The notes under the pieces were generated by a model. It had not been told where the DNA came from. It worked only from the letters and a program-made list of their open reading frames with translations, and did no database searches. A DNA stretch of 64,000 bases from positions 2,784,001 to 2,848,000 of the forward strand of contig OZ252239.1 in the NCBI GenBank assembly GCA_965249485.1, written 5' to 3'. This stretch comes from a bacterium (GTDB lineage: Bacteria > SM23-31). This document shows, piece by piece, positions 50,714 to 60,381 of this stretch. A program made the position numbers and the translations under genes. Position 1 is the stretch's first letter. Each line of letters starts with the position of its first letter.

Positions 50714-50764
50714 TATTTCACTACACCATGATAAGTAATTGACATTTATAGAATTAATGAAAGT

Positions 50765-51724
50765 TTATTTTAATTCAACCGTAATACTTGAAGGAGTTAT
50801 TTCAAAATCGAGGATTTCATCTGGTAATACAAGAGTAACCGGTGCAAAATATTCTCCACCACGTATCCAGCTTCTGTCAAATACAACAGTCGGAATAAAA
50901 TCATTAACTGTTAAATTTTTAATATAGTCGACACCGCCGGTTATTCGTATGGACAATGTAGAAGGTTTAATTTCAATAGCGTATGTTGAGGGATTACGAG
51001 TAATAACAATCGGAATATTATTTATTACTTTTTCTCCGATTTTTTGAATATCCGTACTAACAATAACAGAATTATGGGAATATGAAACCAATTTATTATC
51101 TAATAACTGCAGATCAACAGATTCAGAAAAATCATTATTTTTATCTTCAAAAACTTTAGCCGCAGTCGGAATATCATAGAGTTCACGCAATATACGTCTC
51201 GGACCGGTTATGGATATAGAGTCGGGTTGAAACATTACATCACCAACCTTATAGAATCCGTTCGATACTGATACAGAAACATTTATATCTGACACCGGTA
51301 CTTTTAACGAATCAAGATAATCAAGATCAACAACAATATTGTCCGGATATAATATACTATTGACTGTAATGGTGTTTTCAAAACCGCGCGGTACCGAAAC
51401 CCAAGATAAGTAATTTTCCAGAATAAGATCAAAGTGGCTTGATATAGTTTGAAAATCGACATTAAATGTCAAATCTGATTTCCAAAATAAATTGAGCCAC
51501 ATTAGGTCGACGCCGCGCCCCGATACATTTAGCGTAATAGTCTTAGGAAGCTGCGATGCAAGCGTTCTTCCCTCTTGGATATTGACCGGGACAACTCTGC
51601 ACTCAATCTCGTTGGAGTAGGTCTCATTCAGCGTGACATAAAACCACAAAAAGCAAGCGAGGGCAATTGTTTCGATTTTCAGCCTGAGAATTGAACCCTG
51701 TTTTTTAAACAAAGAAACCTTCAT
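50765..51724 (-). CDS. CdaR/YbbR-like protein
   Basis: N-terminal TM (IALACFLWFYVTL) followed by YbbR-like repeats (PDSISITGP, PSTLSIRITG, ITPSSITV). Confidence 0.75.
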   Translation of the reverse strand: MKVSLFKKQGSILRLKIETIALACFLWFYVTLNETYSNEIECRVVPVNIQEGRTLASQLPKTITLNVSGRGVDLMWLNLFWKSDLTFNVDFQTISSHFDLILENYLSWVSVPRGFENTITVNSILYPDNIVVDLDYLDSLKVPVSDINVSVSVSNGFYKVGDVMFQPDSISITGPRRILRELYDIPTAAKVFEDKNNDFSESVDLQLLDNKLVSYSHNSVIVSTDIQKIGEKVINNIPIVITRNPSTYAIEIKPSTLSIRITGGVDYIKNLTVNDFIPTVVFDRSWIRGGEYFAPVTLVLPDEILDFEITPSSITVELK

Positions 51725-51841
51725 GCTAGTATGCAGAAGTAACTATTGTTGCTGTTTATCAAAATGCAGAGCACATAGTGCGATAGTTGAATTATATGAT
51801 ATTTCCAATAGATAACCTACCCCCTGCGCTCAAGAGCTCAC

Positions 51842-52033
51842 CTATTTGTTTGAAAAGCTGACATCTTTCCCAAAACTGATCTCACCATTATCTATACGAA
51901 GATTAAATCCACATTCCGGATTTGTACAAACCCATGCTTTGTATTCGATTGTGGCACCATCGCGCCCATAATCCGATAGTGGAATAAGTACACCTTTTGA
52001 ACATTTCATGCAATCTGGATGAGCCTTCTCCAT
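51842..52033 (-). CDS. Small zinc-ribbon-like protein
   Basis: CMKC...LIPLSDYG...YKAWVCTNPECGFNLRIDNG; GGGAG RBS. Confidence 0.75.
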   Translation of the reverse strand: MEKAHPDCMKCSKGVLIPLSDYGRDGATIEYKAWVCTNPECGFNLRIDNGEISFGKDVSFSNK

Positions 52034-52329
52034 TGATGATCTCCCATTTAAGTATTCACAACTCCGCTCTGATGTAACTGAGAACTTTTGTGGACTGTTC
52101 AGTCAAATTACAATGTATAAACAGGTAAACTATTTATTTTTTACGTTAATAATTTACATATTCTAAATATACAAAGCAATTAGTATTTATTGGAATTGAT
52201 GAAACTGACTTGTAGAATAATTGAATTATTATTAATAGAATTTACTTTACATATATGACTTAACTTTAATCTTTGAAGAGAGTTAAGTAACAGTATAATA
52301 ATACTTATTCAATTACTATCAGTGCATTG

Positions 52330-53202
52330 CTACCTTTTCAAAACTGCATATATAATCCTTGGACAAGCACTTAAGTATAATAAAACTCCTACAATTATAT
52401 TTGGTACAATCCAGTGAATTCCTCTGAAATATTTTCTGAAATATTGCAGAAATGCTCGGTGTGATAAAACTATCATTTTGATCCGCTGCTGCATTACACT
52501 GTGCCCGAAATGATGTGTAATTTTTGCCTCGGTCAAAAAAAACGCCTTTTTACCATTCAATTTCATTCGCTTACACCAGTCTACATCACTAAAGAACATT
52601 GTGAACCGTTCATCGAAATAGCCAACATTTACAAAGTCTTCTCTCCGTGTCACAAGACAAGCGCCCATTGGTTGATCAACTGTTGCAGGAGTATTGTGAT
52701 CAAAATATCCCATCTTCCAACCATTCATTACTTTGCTTTTTGGGAAAATGAGGTTCAATCCCAGCATATATGGCAGGATTGAGAACGGAGTGGGAAATTT
52801 CCGGCATGATGGAATAATATTATTTTCAACTGAAAGATGTTGAGGAGCGACAATCCCATAATCGCGGTTCTTATTCAAAGTATCTGTCACAATACCAAAA
52901 AAACCTGAGTGCAATACAGTATCAGGATTAAGCAGAACCAGAAAGCTGCCGTTTGAAGCAGCCAACCCCTGATTTATTGCCCTGGTATAGCCAATATTAT
53001 AATGATTTTGTATAACTTTTAAGGTACATCGATCTGAATATTTCACTGATTTGATGATATCAACCGTATCATCCATTGAGTTATTATCAACAACAAGAAT
53101 CTCACCCACTAATGAGTCAATATCCCTCAGAATGGATTCAAGACACTCTCGAATTACTTTCTGACTATTAAATGTTACTATAATACACGATATATCAGCC
53201 AT
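52330..53202 (-). CDS. GT2 glycosyltransferase (WbbL/rhamnosyltransferase-like)
   Basis: IIVTFNS, VDNNSMD, LLNPDT, GACL and FDERFTMFFSDVDWC. Confidence 0.88.
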   Translation of the reverse strand: MADISCIIVTFNSQKVIRECLESILRDIDSLVGEILVVDNNSMDDTVDIIKSVKYSDRCTLKVIQNHYNIGYTRAINQGLAASNGSFLVLLNPDTVLHSGFFGIVTDTLNKNRDYGIVAPQHLSVENNIIPSCRKFPTPFSILPYMLGLNLIFPKSKVMNGWKMGYFDHNTPATVDQPMGACLVTRREDFVNVGYFDERFTMFFSDVDWCKRMKLNGKKAFFLTEAKITHHFGHSVMQQRIKMIVLSHRAFLQYFRKYFRGIHWIVPNIIVGVLLYLSACPRIIYAVLKR

Positions 53203-53205
53203 ATT

Positions 53206-54276
53206 CTACAGGACAGTCAAATCACGTGATACATTTGTCAGAATTGAAATACCATCATTTTGAAGCACAACAAGGTCTTCAATTCGCACTCCAAATCGGC
53301 CGGGAATATAAATTCCCGGTTCTATAGTAAATACATTCGAATATTCAATCGGATCATTCAATTGAGATGAAATCCTTGGATACGTGTGCACTGATATCCC
53401 GACTCCATGCCCAAGAGCGTGCCCAAAATAATCACCATACCCGTGTAACGTAATATATGATCGAGCTGCGTTATCAACTACATTAGCCTGCACTCCATCC
53501 TGAATTTCTTCCATTGCACACCCGATAGCATTGTTGACAACTGAATGGATATTTTGTAATTCCTCATCTGCCTTCCCAAGCACAACAACACGAGAGAAAT
53601 CAGAGCAATAACCTGCAAATACGGCACCGAAATCGAGTTGGATGTTCTCTTCCTGAGTGAGTTTCTTTCTACTCGGTATACCATGCGGAAGGGCGGAATG
53701 CTCACCAAAAAGAACAATAGGGTTAAATGCATCGTCTTCACCACCGCTTTTTTTGATTCTATACGATATTTCAGCGGCTACATCAATTTCAGATACACCC
53801 TCTTCTAACACCTCAAGAATTTGATGGTAAACATCAATAGTAATGGAACTCGCTTTTTGAATATATTGAATCTCATCAAGTGATTTTTTTGCGGCAATTT
53901 TATCAATTTCCTCAGTAAAAGGAACAAGTGTAGTATCCTTCAGCTCTTCAGAAAATTGCTGATAAATTCTGAAAGAGAGATCTTCAGCCTCGAAACCCAA
54001 ATATTTATAAGAATTTATATCTTTGATTGTTGGGAGGCTTTTAGGAAGAGAATTGCGGGCAATGATGAGTTCATCTGCGGTCACTTCATTTTCAGCCTGA
54101 TACTGGTAGCGAAAGTCAGTTAGAAACACAGATGTTTTCTCCGAAATAATACCGAGTCCGTTACTCCCGGTAAATCCAAAAAGATAGCGCAAACTTGAGA
54201 GTTTACTAATAAGAAAAGCATCTAAATTTCGGGAGACAAGAACTGACCGGAGATTATTAAGGCGGGTATTATTCAT
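53206..54276 (-). CDS. Xaa-Pro peptidase (M24B; aminopeptidase P/prolidase)
   Basis: GFTGSNG, TDFRY, SALPH, DFGA...YCSD, HALGHGVG, TIEPGIY and GVRIED. Confidence 0.93.
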   Translation of the reverse strand: MNNTRLNNLRSVLVSRNLDAFLISKLSSLRYLFGFTGSNGLGIISEKTSVFLTDFRYQYQAENEVTADELIIARNSLPKSLPTIKDINSYKYLGFEAEDLSFRIYQQFSEELKDTTLVPFTEEIDKIAAKKSLDEIQYIQKASSITIDVYHQILEVLEEGVSEIDVAAEISYRIKKSGGEDDAFNPIVLFGEHSALPHGIPSRKKLTQEENIQLDFGAVFAGYCSDFSRVVVLGKADEELQNIHSVVNNAIGCAMEEIQDGVQANVVDNAARSYITLHGYGDYFGHALGHGVGISVHTYPRISSQLNDPIEYSNVFTIEPGIYIPGRFGVRIEDLVVLQNDGISILTNVSRDLTVL

Positions 54277-56827
54277 CCATATTTATCTTAATCGCTTCGA
54301 TTTTTTCATCAATCAAGGGATTATCCGGTTCCTTTTCCTTAAGCGTCTCAAACACATTGAGAGCTTTTTCAAATTTACCCTGTGATATATATATTTCCCC
54401 AAGCGTCATTGTAGCAATCTCGCTAACGGCAACATCATCATCTTCCAAATCAATAGGTTCCAACTCATCCAATTCTTCATTACTTAAAGTCTGCTCTGAC
54501 TCAACCTCTTCTTCGTCGAGAACAAGTTCTTCACTGACTTCTTCACTGTCTACTTCAACCTCTTCCTCTTTGCTACTATCATCTTCTAATTCAAACTCCA
54601 CTTCATCAAGGTCAACTTCAGATGCTTCCTGCTCCTCTTCCGATGATTCCTCAGAATCTGTTTCAGCATCAAAATCTTCTTGAAAATCATCTTTAAGAAA
54701 ATCTGTGAAGTCATCTTTATTTTCTGTTTGAGAATCAGAGGAAACATCTATTTCTTCATCACCAATAGAAATTGCTTCTGCAGCATCATCAGTTTCTCCT
54801 TCTCCTTCACTATTTTCAAGTTCATCGATTTCTTGTACTGCTTCGTCCGATTCAATCACTTCTTCCAGATTGTCATCTTCCAATTCGTCAGAATCAGACA
54901 CAACATCTTCTACATCAAGGTCAATTTCAGATTCGACTTCGGCGTCAACAACAAGCTCATCCTCACTGCTGTCACTCTCATCATCAAGCTTAACATCAAC
55001 ACTGACATCTTCAATATTAAGTGCCTCCGATTCTTCTTCAGACTCTACATCCACTTGTACTTCTTCTATATCAGAAATGTCTTCGTCTTCCGATTCGGTA
55101 CTTTCTACTTCTATTTCTTCTTCGTCCTCAATAGAATCGTCTATTTCAAAATCTTTATCAAGATCAAGCGACTCAATAACCGGTTCACCGACCGCTTCTG
55201 TTGCGTCTTCGTCAAATTCAATATCGATTTCTTCGTCAGATTTCATATATTCTTCAAACGAAACATCATCGTCCGCTTCGGCTGATACTTCTTCACTTTC
55301 ATCTTCCAAATCTACTTCTTCAACGTTTTCTTTTGATTCTTCGGCAGCATCAACTTCGATCTCTTCGTCTGCCGCATCATCTCCTGATGTAAACTCTAAA
55401 TCATCTTCTTCTATTTCAAATTGTTCACTATCTTCTTCTGCGTCAATCTCGACATCTTCAACGTCAACATCATCTAATTCGTCCGAGGATTCCACATCTA
55501 TGGTATCATCATCAATCTCAACGACTTCATCTTCATCTGCTTCGATTTCAACCTCGTCTACCGCATCATCGGCAGATACCTCTAAAACCTCTTCATCGGC
55601 TAATTCTTCTGACTCAATCTCAACTCCTTCAACCTCTATAGCATCATCATCCTCATCGCCCTCTGATTCAATAGTCAGCGCGTCATCATCAGATTCATCT
55701 GCTTCTGCCCAAACCTCTTCATCTACTTCTTCAATTTCATCGAGTGAAAAATCTTCCTCATCTGCTTCTTCCGACTCGACTGTTTCTTCCGTGTCGTCCA
55801 CCTCTTCTATTGATTCTTCAACCTCTTCTAATTCATCTGTTTCGTCTGAACTCTCAACTTCATCAATATCAATTTCTTCTTCTGTCTCATCTAAAGTTTC
55901 ATCTGCATCATCAATAGCTTCTTCTACTTCATCAGACTCAAGCTCTATTGTTTCAACTTCATCAGAAATTTTTTCTTCATCTGAATCAGAAGTTTGAGTT
56001 AAAATATCCTCTGGCGACTCTTCGGGGGATTCAAGGTCACTATCAACCTCTATGTTAACGTCTTCTAACTCTTCGCCAGCTTCTTCCTCCAACACTGCTT
56101 CATCTGTAGATTCGTCATCGGATAAAGATTCCTCTGTTTCAACAGTTTCCTCTACAAGGTCATCAACGACTTCTTCTTCAGTTTCCACCTCTTCAAGAAC
56201 ATCGGCAGATTCTTCATCAAGAGCAGCTTCAATTGCTTCCTCTGCTTCTTTTGCAGCAGACAATTCCTCATCAACAACTTTTTCTTCAGCAATCTGCTCG
56301 CTTTCTTCCGTATCTGGCACACCGATCTGTTCTTCATCAGGCTGGCTTTCAGCATCAGACACTTCTGTTTCAACATCAGGCACTCCCACCTCATCCATAC
56401 TCACAACTTCTGCAGATTCAACCTGTGTAGATTCTAATTCTACAACTTCGGCTTCTTCGTTGAGTGGGTCACATAGAGAATAGGAATTGAAGTAATCTCG
56501 AGCGGAACTTTCATCCCCTTCATCTTTTAGCAGTCGGCTCAACAACTTATTTGCAACTATATTATTGGGATCGAATGTTAATACTCTGTATAATTCTTCC
56601 TTCGCCTGATCCTTCATTGAAGCTGCATAATAGCACTTTGCAAGAATCAAATGTCCAGTTATATAATAGGGAAACTTATGTATCCCTTTTTCACATATTT
56701 CAATGGCTTTTTCTATATCATCTTGCATAAACCGCGCATCTGCAAGTCGGGCAAAAAGAACAGAATTCTTTTCTTTAGCAATTTTTTTCTCTAAATTTTT
56801 TATTTCTTTATTGAGATTCTGGTCCAT
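54269..56827 (-). CDS. TPR protein with a very long hyperacidic linker
   Basis: N-terminal TPRs (FARLADA...AIEICEKGIHKFPYY...DPNN); ~680-aa D/E-rich region; C-terminal TMTLGEIYISQGKFEKALNVFETL. Confidence 0.85.
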   Translation of the reverse strand: MDQNLNKEIKNLEKKIAKEKNSVLFARLADARFMQDDIEKAIEICEKGIHKFPYYITGHLILAKCYYAASMKDQAKEELYRVLTFDPNNIVANKLLSRLLKDEGDESSARDYFNSYSLCDPLNEEAEVVELESTQVESAEVVSMDEVGVPDVETEVSDAESQPDEEQIGVPDTEESEQIAEEKVVDEELSAAKEAEEAIEAALDEESADVLEEVETEEEVVDDLVEETVETEESLSDDESTDEAVLEEEAGEELEDVNIEVDSDLESPEESPEDILTQTSDSDEEKISDEVETIELESDEVEEAIDDADETLDETEEEIDIDEVESSDETDELEEVEESIEEVDDTEETVESEEADEEDFSLDEIEEVDEEVWAEADESDDDALTIESEGDEDDDAIEVEGVEIESEELADEEVLEVSADDAVDEVEIEADEDEVVEIDDDTIDVESSDELDDVDVEDVEIDAEEDSEQFEIEEDDLEFTSGDDAADEEIEVDAAEESKENVEEVDLEDESEEVSAEADDDVSFEEYMKSDEEIDIEFDEDATEAVGEPVIESLDLDKDFEIDDSIEDEEEIEVESTESEDEDISDIEEVQVDVESEEESEALNIEDVSVDVKLDDESDSSEDELVVDAEVESEIDLDVEDVVSDSDELEDDNLEEVIESDEAVQEIDELENSEGEGETDDAAEAISIGDEEIDVSSDSQTENKDDFTDFLKDDFQEDFDAETDSEESSEEEQEASEVDLDEVEFELEDDSSKEEEVEVDSEEVSEELVLDEEEVESEQTLSNEELDELEPIDLEDDDVAVSEIATMTLGEIYISQGKFEKALNVFETLKEKEPDNPLIDEKIEAIKINMDE

Positions 56828-57378
56828 CTGTCCGACCCTTAGGAATATTTAAAAAATATTTTTGCATATTAAAATGCACAGTAATATAATAATTAAATTT
56901 TCTGTAGCAAACTATAATTTCCATAATTACAAATAGTTATGAGACACAACCTTTATTATAGCATCCATGAAACTTTTGTGAAAAGAGTTTTCCCTCTGTC
57001 TTGTATTGTGAAGGTGATCCGTATACCGGTTCAAATTGAATAAAATCGGTAGTAAATTCGGCATCCACACACACATTTTCGTCGTGCAAGCCGTCAATCA
57101 CAATTGTTGCATCAATTATTTTGGCGTTTTGTTCATTATCCCCAATATTGAGCACAGAATAGAAATGGAACTGAATAATTCGATAAACACAACTACTAGT
57201 GTATTCACATAAGAGGTCCTCATTATCCATCTCTGACAATTGAGCAATAGAATAGATCGTCTATCTTTTACATCTTTGTGAAATATACACAGTGAGAATT
57301 CACAAAAGATTACTATCGTATTACATTTCTGTAATTTTGCCAATATATGAAACGTATTTATCTATAAATATTCCGGAA

Positions 57379-57885
57379 TTACCACCCCGATGATATTTTA
57401 TCAATAATGTCTCTTGTAACCTGTTCAAGTGCCTGGCTTATTGCCGCCTCTCTGCTCCCTTCACCACTCCCAAGCAGTTCTGTGTAAAGACCTGATCCTT
57501 TTACTCTTTCAGATACTATTACGTCTCCAGAATTTCTGTCAGCGAGTTTAACCAGGACATTTATCTGCACTTCAAATTGACTCGCCCTTTCATTGCTTGC
57601 AAGATCAGTAGCAACATCCAGTATCGATTCAATCACTCCTGACAACAGTGCATCTGCTTGATTCTGCCCTACTATGGTAAAAATATTTTCATCAACGAAA
57701 ATAGTTATTATTGAATTTTGCAACCGCTCACTAAGCTGTATCTCATCTGTTCGATCGTTAAAAAGTTGTACAGCTATACTTTCGACACCCGGCAACGCTT
57801 TTTCAGAAAAGGAATAACTCCAGCATGAAACTGATCCGATAGTTAAGATGCAAATGAGTATTGAATTCAGTATGTATTTATTCAT
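57379..57885 (-). CDS. lptE: LPS-assembly lipoprotein LptE-like
   Basis: Lipobox SVSC, YSFS, SIAVQLFNDRT and ADALLSGVI, ending ISSGW; follows the sigma-54 activator as in FCB genomes. Confidence 0.75.
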   Translation of the reverse strand: MNKYILNSILICILTIGSVSCWSYSFSEKALPGVESIAVQLFNDRTDEIQLSERLQNSIITIFVDENIFTIVGQNQADALLSGVIESILDVATDLASNERASQFEVQINVLVKLADRNSGDVIVSERVKGSGLYTELLGSGEGSREAAISQALEQVTRDIIDKISSGW

Positions 57886-57890
57886 TTTCC

Positions 57891-59033
57891 CTACATATCT
57901 TTCAATCTTCTGTACAGTGTACGCTCACTGATACCAAGCACTTTTGCTGCACGTTTTCTGTTTCCGTTGAAGCGATGTAGTGCTTTTTGTATAGTATCCG
58001 CCTCAATTTTTTCCACTGAGAAATCCTCAAACTCATCGTCCCCAATATCGACGAGTCCAGATACATCACCAAATGAACGGTCCAATTGTGGAATTCCCGA
58101 TTGTCGGCGATGTAGATGCATTAAATCCTGCATCATTGTCTTGAGGTCTTCTACATCCACTCGAAGACCTAACAATGCTCTGTAGATCAATTCCCGTTCA
58201 GCTTGATCCGTTGTTTTATTTACATGAACAGGTAGACCGCTTATCCCTACCTGATTGTTTTTTATTGATTCAGGCAAATCAGCCAACTCAATTGTGCCGC
58301 CTTTCTTAAGCAACACAAGACTTTCGAGAAGGTTCTTCAATTCACGGATATTCCCAGGCCACGAATAATTATAAAATCCTTCAATAACGCCGTGACCAAA
58401 ACCGTTATGCTTAATCGCATATTTCTGCTCAAGTTCTTTTATGAAATGTGAAATGAGCATCTCTAAATCCTGACCACGTTCTCGTAATGGAGGAAGCGTT
58501 ATTGTTATTGATTTTAATCTATAAAACAGATCCTGCCTGAAGTTTCCCCTCTGTACTTCCTGCTCAAGGTCTTTATTCGTAGAGGCAATGATTCGTGCAT
58601 TCGTAACCAGTTTCTTCGATCCTCCGACACGAATAAATTCACCTAACTCAAGAACCCGTAACAATTTCACCTGTGTTATCAGGCTCATTTCACCGATTTC
58701 ATCTAAAAAGATAGTGCCGTTGTTCGCCAATTCAAAATAACCAATACGCCGTGCGGTAGCTCCGGTGAAAGAACCTTTTTCATGCCCGAACAGTTCACTT
58801 TCCAGAATTCCTTCATGGATTGCTCCGCAGTTTACCGAAACATTCTCACCATTCACCCTGCTGCTCTGCCCGTGTACAGCCCGTGCAACCAATTCTTTTC
58901 CTGTCCCGCTTTCACCCTGAATGAGAACAGCTACATCGGTATCTGCAACTCTTCTGATGATCTCAAGCACATCGAGTATTTTTTGAGATGTACCAATGAT
59001 TCCCCAGGAGTCGTCATTCATCGTATTGCTCAT
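57891..59033 (-). CDS. Sigma-54-dependent Fis-family activator (AAA+ plus HTH, no sensor domain)
   Basis: GESGTGKE, ESELFGHEKGSFTGA, FLDEIGE, FRQDLFYRL, WPGNIREL and AAKVLGISERTLYR. Confidence 0.95.
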   Translation of the reverse strand: MSNTMNDDSWGIIGTSQKILDVLEIIRRVADTDVAVLIQGESGTGKELVARAVHGQSSRVNGENVSVNCGAIHEGILESELFGHEKGSFTGATARRIGYFELANNGTIFLDEIGEMSLITQVKLLRVLELGEFIRVGGSKKLVTNARIIASTNKDLEQEVQRGNFRQDLFYRLKSITITLPPLRERGQDLEMLISHFIKELEQKYAIKHNGFGHGVIEGFYNYSWPGNIRELKNLLESLVLLKKGGTIELADLPESIKNNQVGISGLPVHVNKTTDQAERELIYRALLGLRVDVEDLKTMMQDLMHLHRRQSGIPQLDRSFGDVSGLVDIGDDEFEDFSVEKIEADTIQKALHRFNGNRKRAAKVLGISERTLYRRLKDM

Positions 59034-59075
59034 AATAATTTTGCTATTTTGATTTTACAATTAGAAACAACAATA

Positions 59076-60359
59076 TCATGATTTCTGAAGCCTGGCAAGC
59101 CCTTTTTTCCCAATATCCGTTCTAAAATAGGCTTTCTCAAAATGAATCGAATCTGCCAAAAGATAGGTGTTGTCTATAGCCCAACTCAAGTCCTGATTCA
59201 GAGCATTCACGCAGATAACTCTCCCCCCATTTGTGTAGAATTTACCATCTATCAATTTCGTCCCTGCATGAAAGACATTTTTATCTTTTGCTCTTACTAT
59301 CGAGTTTAGACCTTTAATTTCTTTTCCTTTTTCATATGATCCGGGGTATCCACCTGAGGCCATCACGACACAAACAGAATAGAGAGAGAGAGAACGAAGT
59401 GAATGTTGATCAAGTGTTCCATCGCAGGTTGCTTCCATTAAATCTACTATATCGTTTTCAATAAGAGGTAGCACAGCCTGTGTTTCAGGATCACCAAACC
59501 TGCAGTTAAACTCTATCACTTTCGGTCCCGTATTGGTAATCATAAGGCCGGCATACAGCAATCCTGTATAAAGCGAATCTTCCTGTTTCAGTGCATCAAT
59601 TGTAGGGCGGATTATTTCCTTACTGATTCGCATCATGAGAACATCATCCGCTATTGGTGCCGGAGCATACGCTCCCATACCTCCTGTATTCGGCCCCTTG
59701 TCACCATCGTATACAGGTTTATGATCCTGCGCGGACGGTAGTATAACGTAATTGGTTCCATCTGTTAATACAAAAACTGAAAGCTCTTCTCCAGTTAAAT
59801 ACTCCTCTATTATAACAGTATTACCGGAATCGCCGAATGCTCGCTCAACCATGATTGATTGGATGGCACTATGCGCTTCTTCATCGGTCTGGCACACAAT
59901 TGCACCTTTACCTGCTGCAAACCCATCAGCTTTTACTACAATCGGCGCTTTGTGGGTCGATAAATAATCAAAAGCGTTATCCGGATCGGTAAACGATTCA
60001 TATTCAGTAGTAGGAATAGAATAATTCCTCATCAGATCCTTTGCAAAAGCTTTGCTACCTTCAATCCGGGCTGCATTTTTCGTCGGACCGAATATTTTAA
60101 GGTTTTCACTCTGAAATGCATCAACTATTCCATCTACCAACGGAACTTCCGGGCCTATGACCGTCAGGTCAATTTTGTGCTCTTTCGCCAATCGAAGTTG
60201 TCCATCAATGTCATCAGCCGCAACGGGAATACAATCGGTAACTGCTTGTATACCGCCGTTTCCTGGCGCACACAAAATAGATTCAACACGGGGAGATTGT
60301 TTCATTTTCCAGATAAGCACATGCTCCCGGCCTCCGCTTCCTACAACAAGAATCTTCAT
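59076..60359 (-). CDS. purD: Phosphoribosylamine-glycine ligase
   Basis: GSGGREH, GPEVPL, EGSKAFAK, QDHK...GPNTGGMGAY and EFNCRFGDPETQ. Confidence 0.97.
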   Translation of the reverse strand: MKILVVGSGGREHVLIWKMKQSPRVESILCAPGNGGIQAVTDCIPVAADDIDGQLRLAKEHKIDLTVIGPEVPLVDGIVDAFQSENLKIFGPTKNAARIEGSKAFAKDLMRNYSIPTTEYESFTDPDNAFDYLSTHKAPIVVKADGFAAGKGAIVCQTDEEAHSAIQSIMVERAFGDSGNTVIIEEYLTGEELSVFVLTDGTNYVILPSAQDHKPVYDGDKGPNTGGMGAYAPAPIADDVLMMRISKEIIRPTIDALKQEDSLYTGLLYAGLMITNTGPKVIEFNCRFGDPETQAVLPLIENDIVDLMEATCDGTLDQHSLRSLSLYSVCVVMASGGYPGSYEKGKEIKGLNSIVRAKDKNVFHAGTKLIDGKFYTNGGRVICVNALNQDLSWAIDNTYLLADSIHFEKAYFRTDIGKKGLARLQKS

Positions 60360-60381
60360 AATTCAACTCAACCTTCAATCG

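Noticed and set aside
54420..56460. Possible tandem repeat or CRISPR-like array in the TCATC/TCTTC-rich DNA
   Set aside because: No fixed-length repeat-spacer unit; explained by Asp/Glu codons.
54357..56483. Long Ser-rich and Phe/Ile-rich plus-strand ORFs (e.g. 54870-55997, 375 aa)
   Set aside because: Antisense shadows of the GAA/GAT-rich acidic gene.
56937..57343. Two overlapping minus-strand ORFs (100 aa and 75 aa) between lptE and the acidic TPR gene
   Set aside because: TTG starts, no RBS or recognisable domain; may be a decayed gene but cannot be supported.
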